A DNA stretch of 63,306 nt, from assembly GCA_964468655.1 (NCBI GenBank), contig CAYXUG010000003.1, positions 1 to 63,306 on the forward strand, given 5' to 3'. Shown here piece by piece: positions 47,121 through 55,559 of this stretch. The stretch is from an uncultured bacterium (lineage in GTDB: Bacteria; Fidelibacterota; Marinisomatia; Marinisomatales; CAYXUG01). The position numbers were made by a program, and so were the translations under genes. Within the stretch, counting starts at the first letter, position 1. Every line of letters starts with the position of its first letter. Under the pieces are notes generated by a model. The model had not been told where the DNA came from. It was given only the letters and a program-made list of their open reading frames with translations, and made no database searches.

Positions 47121-47657
47121 TTATTTTGTGAGGTGTAATTCCGACTGGACCTTCCAGTCTTTCAAATCTGTGGAAATATAATGTGTTCCTTTGTTGGTCA
47201 ATGCGATAAAGAACTGATCTGATCCTTCCATACCGGGGAGGACAGTGAGAGATATAAAATCTTCTCTTTCCTCAATTCTTCCGGCAAAAGAAAAAGTATC
47301 ACCTGCTGAAACAGGATTTTTATTTTCCATTTTGTAGATATTGCCGTAATTGGTCAGCAGAACAAATCCCAGAACCGGCGGCGCTACGCCGAACATGTAG
47401 TACGCGGAACTGATAATTTGTTCTTCTCCGTTTTCCAGATCGGAGAGTGATTTATTTATTCTCTCCAGCAGTTCGGGAGGTACAGATTCTCCTGACTTTC
47501 CCGATGGTCCCCGAGGTCCCATTTCTCCGGGGATACCCTGAATTCCCTGCGGTCCTTCTGGTCCTTGATGACCGGATTCTCCTTTTTTGACTAGAGATGA
47601 ACAACTAATAAATGCAAAGGTGATTAGGAGGAAACTAACCTGGATTAACTTAATCAT
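47121..47657 (-). CDS. lipoprotein with a collagen-like Gly-X-Y repeat and a C-terminal globular domain
   Basis: ATG at 47657 gives MIKLIQVSFLLITFAFISCSS, a lipobox-like leader. Eleven uninterrupted triplets: GES GHQ GPE GPQ GIQ GIP GEM GPR GPS GKS GES. ATGA overlap with the upstream gene. Confidence 0.6.
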   Translation of the reverse strand: MIKLIQVSFLLITFAFISCSSLVKKGESGHQGPEGPQGIQGIPGEMGPRGPSGKSGESVPPELLERINKSLSDLENGEEQIISSAYYMFGVAPPVLGFVLLTNYGNIYKMENKNPVSAGDTFSFAGRIEEREDFISLTVLPGMEGSDQFFIALTNKGTHYISTDLKDWKVQSELHLTK

Positions 47658-48217
47658 GACGCAGGAAAAAGATAAGGCAGCGCTCTTGCCCATGCCATGG
47701 ACATGATGATAAGAAGTTCTGATATAATAGCTATAGCGAAAAAGAGGATAGCACGCTTTAAAGCATTGTTTTTATAACTGTTAATTTTACCCAATGCATA
47801 AACTTGATGGGCAAACATTTCGAATACCTGCCCTTCTCTGCTAAATACATTTTCAAAATGGTTTGCATATTCTACAGGCGAATTAAATTTGCTGATTCCA
47901 CCGAAATAGGTAGGATTGTCTGCTATATCCATCTCTCCGTTTTTATCATTTTTTATTCGGGGTACAATTACCAATACAAGATTGATAATGGCAAAAAATG
48001 CCGAAATAAAATAACTCACCACCATAGCCACGTTGAACCAGTTTATGTTAATTTTCAGGAAATGGATAATAAAAAAGACCATAAATACACCCAGGATTGA
48101 AAGCATGGTAAATGCTTTCTGATCCGTTCGCTGCATAATTTGCTGTTCATTTGACAGCACATGGAAGATTGGAGCAATATTGCTTTTTACAAGCTGGGAG
48201 TAATCTCTATCATTCAT
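47654..48217 (-). CDS. three-TM membrane protein resembling the Pycsar effector / DUF5706 family
   Basis: RTDQKAFTMLSILG (the D-x-KA motif before TM1), a second TM, then PTYFGGISKF..EY......, and a C-terminal TM after KNNALKRAILFFAIAII. Assigned from memory of the family pattern only. Confidence 0.45.
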   Translation of the reverse strand: MNDRDYSQLVKSNIAPIFHVLSNEQQIMQRTDQKAFTMLSILGVFMVFFIIHFLKININWFNVAMVVSYFISAFFAIINLVLVIVPRIKNDKNGEMDIADNPTYFGGISKFNSPVEYANHFENVFSREGQVFEMFAHQVYALGKINSYKNNALKRAILFFAIAIISELLIIMSMAWARALPYLFPAS

Positions 48218-48282
48218 GGGGGCAAAATATAAAAGTAGTAGATATAAAAAACACTATCTCAATTGTTCAATTAGTCAATTGT

Positions 48283-50034
48283 TCAATTGGTTAATTGTTC
48301 AGCCAGTACTGCGGTTTCCACCCATTCCATCTTTTTGGATGTTCCCGTTTCAACGGCTGTAATTTTCAGAATGTAAATTCCAATTCTTGCTCTTGAACTG
48401 TTATCCTTTCGACCATTCCAGGTGATGACACCCTCGGCGCCGGAAACAAGATTTTTTGCCAGCGTTCGTACCGTCCGGCCCAACCGATCAAAAATGGTAA
48501 TGGTCAAGTATGCCTGCGGAAATGGAAGTGAATAGGAGATATAAAGGTTATCTTCATATCCGTCACCATCCGGTGAAAAAGGATTGGGTTCAAGTGAAAT
48601 TGTTCCTGTTCCAGGTAGTGATTCAATAAAGATGCTGTTTTGATTTCCGGGCGTCATTTTTCCCGGCGCCACGCAGGTACCCCAACTTGATGGGACAGAT
48701 GAATCCATCTCCGGATTTAATTTTTCCATTGATCTCCCCTCAACTCCCCAGTCATCGGTATAGGTGAGTGAATCCATGACATTCCCGGATGGATCGTACA
48801 GGTAAATAGAATCACCTGAATTGTTGAGAGAAGGGAACCCGTTTTCCGGTACAAGGAGGATAGAGTTGGAGGGTAGTGATGGAAGAAGTGAAGAATCTTT
48901 GGCAATCACAACAAATGAAGAGGAAGGTGTTTCTATATCAGGAAGTATTTTAATTGATGAAGTCAGCTGATCCGAAATTCCCCAGCCGGAAAGGTTGATA
49001 CTGTTTTCTGACAAGATAAAAATTTCAATAAATTCAGAGTTATTTTCTTCCGGATAATACATGAATTCGTTCAGGGTCGCCACTCTTTCTGTATATTGAA
49101 CTGACAGCTCGTAACCTAAAGTATTATTTTCCTGATTGAGATCATCCTCCACGTTCAATTGAATGGTGAGTGAATGATGCCCGGATGAAAGAAGTCCAAT
49201 ATTAATTGACAAGATCGTAGAGTCGCCTGATGCGGTCGGTGTAAATGATGAACTTCCAAGTATCAGAAAATCTTCACTTATTTCAACTGTGCCTGAAATC
49301 TCATTCAATCCTTCATTAAAAACGGTTATGTTAAAAGTGATGAAATCGGAGGGAGATGGATTTGAGGGTGTATGAAAAATGCTGTTTTCAGAAATTGCTC
49401 CATCTATTTCAGCGGGAGTAACACTGTTTACAAATCCCGGTGTACCCCACACCTCTAAACCGGATGTCCAGTTTTCCGGTTCACCCGGCAAATCAAGTCG
49501 AATCCGTTCAAGAGAATATCCCGGCTCAACTTCATCATCCCAACTGACCGAATCGACAATGATTCCTTCGGTGTTTATCAGCTTGAGTGAATCTGTTTTA
49601 TTCAGAGCATTCCCAATTGCAGGTCCATCAATTTTCAAAATGGTTACCGAATCCGGAATGAGATTAAAATATGGGCTCGAATCATTGTGTTCGTAATCCG
49701 CTTCCATGATGAGTCCGAAAGACAAAGGAGGCAAAGTTGTACCCATTCCGCCGTCAACAATCATGTCCTCAGATGAAGCGTCCCGAACAATCCATGAATT
49801 CAGATTCACAGAATCGGTTTCCGACGAATTATAAATTTCAACAAATTCGTTGGGATTGTCGGTCCCTTCCGGATCGTACATGATTTCTGAGAGTACAATC
49901 TGCCCCACAGAAAATGAAAAGGGAAGCAGCAGTGCCGGGAGTATTTTGAATCGTTGATTAATGTTCTTCCAGGAATTTTTTAATGTATTTCTGAATAGTA
50001 TCCCTGCAGTCCCGGTAATTATCGAGGAATTCAT
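48283..50034 (-). CDS. secreted protein with two lamin-tail domains and a FlgD-Ig/T9SS-like C-terminal domain
   Basis: LTD 1: IVLSEIMYDPEGTDNPNEFVEIYNSSETDSVNLNSWIVRD. LTD 2: ATLNEFMYYPEENNSEFIEIFILSENSINLSGWGISD. C-terminus: EPNPFSPDGDGYEDNLYISY...LTITIFDRLGRTV...GIYILKI. The only canonical start (50034) overlaps arsC by 77 nt. Confidence 0.7.
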   Translation of the reverse strand: MNSSIITGTAGILFRNTLKNSWKNINQRFKILPALLLPFSFSVGQIVLSEIMYDPEGTDNPNEFVEIYNSSETDSVNLNSWIVRDASSEDMIVDGGMGTTLPPLSFGLIMEADYEHNDSSPYFNLIPDSVTILKIDGPAIGNALNKTDSLKLINTEGIIVDSVSWDDEVEPGYSLERIRLDLPGEPENWTSGLEVWGTPGFVNSVTPAEIDGAISENSIFHTPSNPSPSDFITFNITVFNEGLNEISGTVEISEDFLILGSSSFTPTASGDSTILSINIGLLSSGHHSLTIQLNVEDDLNQENNTLGYELSVQYTERVATLNEFMYYPEENNSEFIEIFILSENSINLSGWGISDQLTSSIKILPDIETPSSSFVVIAKDSSLLPSLPSNSILLVPENGFPSLNNSGDSIYLYDPSGNVMDSLTYTDDWGVEGRSMEKLNPEMDSSVPSSWGTCVAPGKMTPGNQNSIFIESLPGTGTISLEPNPFSPDGDGYEDNLYISYSLPFPQAYLTITIFDRLGRTVRTLAKNLVSGAEGVITWNGRKDNSSRARIGIYILKITAVETGTSKKMEWVETAVLAEQLTN

Positions 50035-50386
50035 CGTCGGTACTCCATCCGCTGAAAGGATCAGATATAGACCAGTGGATTCGTTTCACATCTCCCGGAA
50101 ATGTGGGACATAACTGCTTCGCCGAATCACAGACAGAAATAACAATATCAATCCCTTGATCAAGATAATCCGCCACATGATCGGATGTGTGGTGTGAAAT
50201 GTCAATTCCCATTTCATCCATGATTTTAATACTCATGGGATGGACTCTGCTGGGATGAGTGCCGGCGCTGAAAACATCAAATTTGTCTCCTGCCAAATTA
50301 CGCAACAATCCTTCAGCCATTTGTGATCGGCAGGAATTCCCGGTACAGAGGAATAGGAGCTTTTGTTTTTGTGATTTACCGTTCAT
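49958..50386 (-). CDS. arsC: arsenate reductase (thioredoxin-coupled, LMW-PTPase fold)
   Basis: LFLCTGNSCRSQMAEG P-loop plus downstream Cys residues (SVCDSAKQLCP). Confidence 0.82.
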   Translation of the reverse strand: MNGKSQKQKLLFLCTGNSCRSQMAEGLLRNLAGDKFDVFSAGTHPSRVHPMSIKIMDEMGIDISHHTSDHVADYLDQGIDIVISVCDSAKQLCPTFPGDVKRIHWSISDPFSGWSTDDEFLDNYRDCRDTIQKYIKKFLEEH

Positions 50387-50883
50387 GAAAGAATTTTTAT
50401 CACTGTTTCGTAATCCGGTTCCTGACCAATGTGAGGTACCTGTTCGGTATGAATGACTTTTCCTTCTGCATCTATAACAACAACCGCCCTTGAAAATAGA
50501 CCTTTAAAAAGTCCATCTGTAAAAGTGACACCATAATTTTTGCCAAAGTCATCATCACGAAAACCGGAAAGAGTGATTACATTTTCAATTCCTTCTTTGC
50601 CGCAGAATCTGCTTTGTGCAAAAGGGAGATCACGGGAAATGCAGAGAATGACTGTATTATTCAGTTTTGCTGATTCCTCATTGAATCTCTTGACCGATGT
50701 ACCGCAAACGTGAGTATCAATGCTTGGGAAAATATTCAGCACAATCCGCTCACCTTCATAATCGGAAAGTGTTACTTCCTTCAAGCCGGTTGTCACCAAA
50801 CGGAAGTCCGGTGCCTTTGAGCCAACAGCTGGCAATTCACCGATTGTATTCACAAGTTTATTTCCAAATCTTACCTGTGCCAT
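50383..50883 (-). CDS. tpx: thiol peroxidase
   Basis: ATG at 50883: MAQVRFGNKLVNTIGELPAVGSKAPDF...LNIFPSIDTHVCGTS...DLPFAQSRFCG. Confidence 0.9.
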   Translation of the reverse strand: MAQVRFGNKLVNTIGELPAVGSKAPDFRLVTTGLKEVTLSDYEGERIVLNIFPSIDTHVCGTSVKRFNEESAKLNNTVILCISRDLPFAQSRFCGKEGIENVITLSGFRDDDFGKNYGVTFTDGLFKGLFSRAVVVIDAEGKVIHTEQVPHIGQEPDYETVIKILS

Positions 50884-50980
50884 GAGGTTCAAATGTGAAT
50901 AGAATTCATCAATTTTGCAAGTGTTGGTTTTATCTAATTGCCACAAAGTCACGAAGACACGAAGAAAAAATAAATTTATA

Positions 50981-51233
50981 AATGTCGAATAACGAATATC
51001 GAATAATAAAGTAAACGATAAAACAAAGATTCCCCTCTAACAACTTGCCTGTCATCCTGAGGACTGATTCATCTGTACGAAGGATCTACGTATATTAATC
51101 GGTAAAAAAAGAAGATCCTTCGCTACGCTCAGGATGACAGCATTCCTATAATTTCCTCTAAAAATCTGCCAATAACCGGACAGGAAGAGTCGGCTTGCCC
51201 GCAATGTTTTTAATGGGGGTGTGTTAATCAATC
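50981..51233. repeat. left copy of an intergenic repeat, split by an inserted palindrome, flanking the 51363-53726 gene
   Basis: aatgtcgaataacgaatatcgaataataaag...aaaacaaagattcccc (50981-51035) and gggggtgtgttaatcaatc (51215-51233) have counterparts at 53765-53820 and 53848-53866. Confidence 0.7.
51051..51138. repeat. imperfect 88-bp palindromic element
   Basis: gtcatcctgag (51051-51061) pairs with ctcaggatgac (51128-51138). gaaggatct (51079-51087) pairs with agatccttc (51113-51121). The internal spacers are asymmetric. Confidence 0.7.
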
Positions 51234-51362
51234 AACCAAACGCTAGATCAGTTGAAATTTAGTCCCATACAACGTAAATTGAGATAGACTTGAATGGGTA
51301 AGACAGCCGGAAATTGAAGGGAAAGATAATGGAAATAGATTTCAAAATGTTGAATTAGAAAT

Positions 51363-53726
51363 ATGAAAACCAAATTTTACATAATTATTGCTTGTTTTTT
51401 GTTTGCCGGTTTGAGGGCGGAAGGAATCCACAAAAAGAAATCTTTTAAAAATCGTGAATCCCATAAATCCCATGTTATTATAGAAAACGATAGAAGAATT
51501 GCATCAACATCTCAAATACATCAACAGTTTGGTGTGGAGAAAGATGCAATTGTTTCAAATGGTAAAACGAGATCGAATAATTATTATAATACAAGATCAA
51601 CAGACGATACCATGTCTTATTGTGAAGAGAGCGGCGGTCAGTTTATTTTTTCACCCGGTGAATATGTGATGATCATGTATCAAATGCCTTCTAACGGAAT
51701 CATCACAGGTTTTAATATTCCTGTATTTGAATGGGGTGACACCACTGAAACATCAGAGGATAGATTAGAGGTCTCACTCTGGAAAGTGACCTATCCTTAT
51801 GACTCTGATGGAAATCTATATTCAACAGATAATGTGGATGGTTTTGGTTGGGCAGGTTATGGTTGGGACGGATCTGACGCTTTTACGCCATATTTCATAA
51901 CTGAAGATTATGAGGATTACTATGGTGATACGGATGATGAAATAGGTCCATGTAATGATACATCACCCATTCCCTTTTCACAGGATTTGGTTTTAGAAAA
52001 AGTTTGGCCACTAAATTGCGACTGGGTTTGTCCCACATTACAGCCGGAATACAATCCTGCAGGGCAGGACAATTGGTTTACAATCTCGGATTGGGGAGGG
52101 GAACCCGAATTTTTTCAGGATGAAAGGGTAGGAATTCTGGTGGAAAATCAAAGTGCGAATGATTCACTTACTATAGGATTTTATTATTGTGAAGGTCAAG
52201 GACTGGTGGAACCGTGGGTTTTTGCCAAATTCTATAATAAGTGCAACGGTACCTCCGGTGAAGGTGGTTGGCACATTCGGCATTGGGTGCTGGATTTCCC
52301 ATTGGCAGTGGATTTGATAGGTGTACCTTTTCCGCAATTTCAAGATTATACAATATTAGAAACAACATTATCAACTGATGAAAGATATGTGGAAGTACAT
52401 GCCGCACATGATGATCCTGGCGGAGGTCCAACGGGAATTGATTCAGTTTCTGTCTATTTTACGATTGATGATACCAATTGGACAGAAATAGAACTGGAAC
52501 TAACAAGCGGAACCATTAATGATGGAATCTGGAGCGGTTATTTGCCTGGGCAGGAGCCGGGAACTCTCGTACAGTATTATTATTGGGCGATGGATGTTTT
52601 CGGAAATACAGGAACAACCGCTGGAATTGCCTATTATATTTATCAGGCAAATTCACCGGTACTATTTATCAATAATTCCATTTTTGATGATTGGGTTTGG
52701 TATTATTATTTTTACGATATTGTAATACACTACCCATGGTGGAGTGAAGGTTTTGATACTTGGAGCTTTGGTGAAGGGACCTTGGATTTATTTCAACATT
52801 ATGAGACAATAATTGATTTGGCTGGAGGTGGTCCTCAATTCTGTCATGATTTTGAAGATTTGAGAACCTGGCTTGATACAGGGAATAAAAATTTAGTTGT
52901 TGCAGGGGATGAATGGCTGGGTGAATGTTTTTATGGTTGGGAAGTATCATGTGGGGAACTCCAGAATGAACTTAGCGATGGAGATTTCAACCACGATGTT
53001 TTTGGAATTTCCGGTTATTATCCCGATATCAATGATTGTACCGAAGGTGATACTACGGGAGTTTCCAGATTAATCACAGTGGAAGGAGATTTGATTTCAG
53101 GAGAATTGGCAGATTTTCTTTCAGACTCACTTGAGTTGAACTATGATCCGGGATATGAAATTGGTGCTTACAACTGGCTGGATGGAATTGTTGTGGTAGA
53201 AGAAGCGATAGTCCCATTCTGGGGTGTATCAGGCATAATTGATTCAGCAACCGGAATTCCTTCTGGTAATGATACCCTTGCGACGTCAGTTTATATGACT
53301 CACTCCAATAACAATCAGACAGCTTTCTTTGGGTTTGATGTTTTAAGTTTAAATACGTCACCTTCCTACTATTGGATTGGTATTTCTCTTTTAGGTGCAA
53401 TGCCGCAAACACTCCTGTGGATGGATGTGTTGAATATTGAGGACACGAAACCACAACTTCCTTCATCCATTATGTTATATCCTAACTATCCCAATCCATT
53501 TAACCCGGTAACGACGATACGATTTTCAGTAAAGACGTTGCATTCAACTTCTTTACAGATATTTGACATCACCGGACGTTTGGTGGAGACATTGATGAGT
53601 GGTAAACTTGTTCCCGGTTTCCACAGCGCAATCTGGGATGCATCCGAAGTGGCGAGTGGTGTCTATTTTTGCAGATTAACATCAGGAGGAACACAATCCA
53701 CACAGAAGATGGTACTGTTAAAGTAG
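51363..53726 (+). CDS. secreted protein of unknown function with a T9SS type-A C-terminal sorting domain
   Basis: Signal peptide MKTKFYIIIACFLFAGLRA. C-terminus: LYPNYPNPFNPVTTIRFSV...LQIFDITGRLV...GVYFCRL...KMVLLK. Confidence 0.72.
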   Translation: MKTKFYIIIACFLFAGLRAEGIHKKKSFKNRESHKSHVIIENDRRIASTSQIHQQFGVEKDAIVSNGKTRSNNYYNTRSTDDTMSYCEESGGQFIFSPGEYVMIMYQMPSNGIITGFNIPVFEWGDTTETSEDRLEVSLWKVTYPYDSDGNLYSTDNVDGFGWAGYGWDGSDAFTPYFITEDYEDYYGDTDDEIGPCNDTSPIPFSQDLVLEKVWPLNCDWVCPTLQPEYNPAGQDNWFTISDWGGEPEFFQDERVGILVENQSANDSLTIGFYYCEGQGLVEPWVFAKFYNKCNGTSGEGGWHIRHWVLDFPLAVDLIGVPFPQFQDYTILETTLSTDERYVEVHAAHDDPGGGPTGIDSVSVYFTIDDTNWTEIELELTSGTINDGIWSGYLPGQEPGTLVQYYYWAMDVFGNTGTTAGIAYYIYQANSPVLFINNSIFDDWVWYYYFYDIVIHYPWWSEGFDTWSFGEGTLDLFQHYETIIDLAGGGPQFCHDFEDLRTWLDTGNKNLVVAGDEWLGECFYGWEVSCGELQNELSDGDFNHDVFGISGYYPDINDCTEGDTTGVSRLITVEGDLISGELADFLSDSLELNYDPGYEIGAYNWLDGIVVVEEAIVPFWGVSGIIDSATGIPSGNDTLATSVYMTHSNNNQTAFFGFDVLSLNTSPSYYWIGISLLGAMPQTLLWMDVLNIEDTKPQLPSSIMLYPNYPNPFNPVTTIRFSVKTLHSTSLQIFDITGRLVETLMSGKLVPGFHSAIWDASEVASGVYFCRLTSGGTQSTQKMVLLK

Positions 53727-53764
53727 CTTTTACCACAGGGACACTGAAACACGGGAGAATAATC

Positions 53765-53866
53765 AATGTTGAATAATGAATATCGAATTATGAACTAATC
53801 AGAAAAACAAGAAATCCCATATAGAAAGAGGGGTCTCGATTTATCGAGGGGGTGTGTTAACCAATT
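53765..53866. repeat. right copy of the intergenic repeat flanking the 51363-53726 gene
   Basis: aatgttgaataatgaatatcgaattatgaac...aaaacaagaaatccca (53765-53820) and gggggtgtgttaaccaat (53848-53866). Confidence 0.7.
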
Positions 53867-54014
53867 TTAAATTATCCCGCAGGGTACTGTGTACAATTTT
53901 CAATCAAAATCCACATTCCGCAAACATTCAACGGTTGTCTTGAGCATTTGATCTGTCTAAATTTGCAAAAATAAAAATCATTGATAATAAGTATTTATAA
54001 AAGGAGACTAATTC

Positions 54015-54659
54015 ATGTTGGTAACAAAACCTGCGCCGGATTTTACAGCAAAAGCTGTCATGCCGGACAACAGCATAAAAGAGATTTCACTTTCCGATTA
54101 TAGGGGAAAAAAGGTTATTCTATTTTTTTATCCGCTGGATTTTACATTTGTTTGACCCACTGAACTTATCGCATTCAACAACCGATTAGGTGAGTTTGAA
54201 AAGCGAGGTGTCCAGGTCCTGGGCTGTTCAGTAGATTCAGAATTCAGTCATTTAAAATGGAAGGAAACAGATGTTAACATGGGTGGGATTGGTAATGTTC
54301 AATATCCATTGATTTCAGATTTGGACAAATCAATTGTTCGGGAATATGATGTTCTCATTGGTGCCGAACCTGTAACGGTAATAATGGATAATGAAGGAAT
54401 TAACACATCAATCGGCGGAGGCGTTGCCCTTCGGGGGTCTTTTCTTATTGATGATGAAGGAGTTATCAGGCACGCTGTTATTAACGACTTGCCTTTAGGT
54501 CGAAACATCGATGAAATGCTCAGAATGGTGGACGCTCTCGATTTTCATACCAAACACGGCGATGTTTGTCCTGCTGGATGGCAATCAGGTAAAACAGCCA
54601 TGAAAGCCACGAATGAAGGTGTTAAAAAATATCTTTCCGAGGAAGTAGGAAGTTTATGA
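54015..54659 (+). CDS. typical 2-Cys peroxiredoxin (AhpC/Prx1 type) with in-frame TGA at the peroxidatic Cys position; probable selenocysteine-containing peroxiredoxin
   Basis: SD AAGGAG at 54001-54006 and ATG at 54015. Translation: [49 protein letters not shown](54153-54155)[35 protein letters not shown]. It continues in frame into track ORF 54279-54659 ([13 protein letters not shown]...[26 protein letters not shown]...AL......HGDVCPAGW). The canonical motif is DFTFVCPTE. Confidence 0.8.
54159..54195 (+). promoter_or_regulatory. candidate bacterial SECIS hairpin immediately 3' of the in-frame UGA
   Basis: CUUAUCG (54165-54171) pairs with CGAUUAG (54183-54189) with one U-U mismatch and an 11-nt loop. 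ACU (54159-54161) pairs with AGU (54193-54195) below it. Folded by eye only, and the loop lacks the G/U I would expect. Confidence 0.3.
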
Positions 54660-54742
54660 TCAAATCAGATGACCAGATCCATCCGGTTTAATGGATTACT
54701 CAAAATCTCGAAATAGTCAATAAAAGCTTCAATTAATTCTCC

Positions 54743-55555
54743 GTGAAGGAATTTTTTCTCAATCAGCACCCCATTATGCAGGCGTTGTTAGCGACAACGT
54801 TCACATGGGGATTGACCGCTTTAGGTGCATCAGTAGTATTTTTCTTTAAAACACTGAACAGGCGAGTGCTGGATGCCATGCTGGGATTTACCGGTGGTGT
54901 CATGATTGCTGCAAGTTTCTGGTCCCTTTTGTCCCCTGCCATTGAAATGTCCGAAAACGGTCCGCTGCCTTCGTGGCTGCCGCCGGCAATCGGATTCCTG
55001 GTAGGCGGTGGAGTCATCTGGGGATTGGACAAGGTTTTGCCTCACTTGCATATCGGATATCCCAAATCTGATGCGGAAGGTATTCAAACCACATGGCACA
55101 GAACGACGCTGGTTGTCCTTGCAATTACGCTTCATAATTTTCCGGAAGGTCTAGCAGTTGGAGTGGCATTCGGTGCGCTGGCCGCTGATCTTCCTTCAGC
55201 GAATCTTGCCGGCGCTATAGCGCTTACCATGGGAATCGGACTGCAAAATTTCCCCGAAGGTTTTGCCGTTGCCATGCCTCTGAGACGAGTTGGAGTTTCT
55301 CGGTTCAAAAGTTTCTGGTACGGGCAATTGTCCGCTGTTGTGGAACCCGTTGCCGGTGTTTTGGGAGCGGTGATTGTTGTCTCATCAACTGCCATTCTGC
55401 CATACGCCCTTGCCTTCGCGGCGGGTGCAATGATTTACGTGGTCGTGGAGGAAGTAATTCCCGAAGCACAGTATGAAGGTAATACAGATTTGTCAACTTT
55501 GGGACTCATGGCGGGATTTACAATCATGATGGCTTTGGATGTTGGGTTGGGATAA
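54743..55555 (+). CDS. zupT: ZIP-family divalent metal transporter
   Basis: GTG start. Polytopic. [10 protein letters not shown] and QNFPEGFAV motifs. Confidence 0.85.
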   Translation: MKEFFLNQHPIMQALLATTFTWGLTALGASVVFFFKTLNRRVLDAMLGFTGGVMIAASFWSLLSPAIEMSENGPLPSWLPPAIGFLVGGGVIWGLDKVLPHLHIGYPKSDAEGIQTTWHRTTLVVLAITLHNFPEGLAVGVAFGALAADLPSANLAGAIALTMGIGLQNFPEGFAVAMPLRRVGVSRFKSFWYGQLSAVVEPVAGVLGAVIVVSSTAILPYALAFAAGAMIYVVVEEVIPEAQYEGNTDLSTLGLMAGFTIMMALDVGLG

Positions 55556-55559
55556 TGCC

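Noticed and set aside
47500-47600. Collagen Gly-X-Y triplets considered as evidence of eukaryotic contamination.
   Set aside because: The repeat is embedded in a short bacterial-style lipoprotein gene. That gene overlaps its neighbour by ATGA and is followed by a rho-independent terminator. Bacterial collagen-like proteins are well known.
54153-54155. The in-frame TGA explained by an alternative genetic code (TGA = Trp or Gly), or by a simple pseudogene.
   Set aside because: TGA terminates many well-supported genes in this window, including lpxD, lpxC and the 3592-6633 gene, so reassignment does not fit. The stop falls exactly on the catalytic Cys codon, the frame is otherwise intact and the SD is good. 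That favours Sec over random decay.
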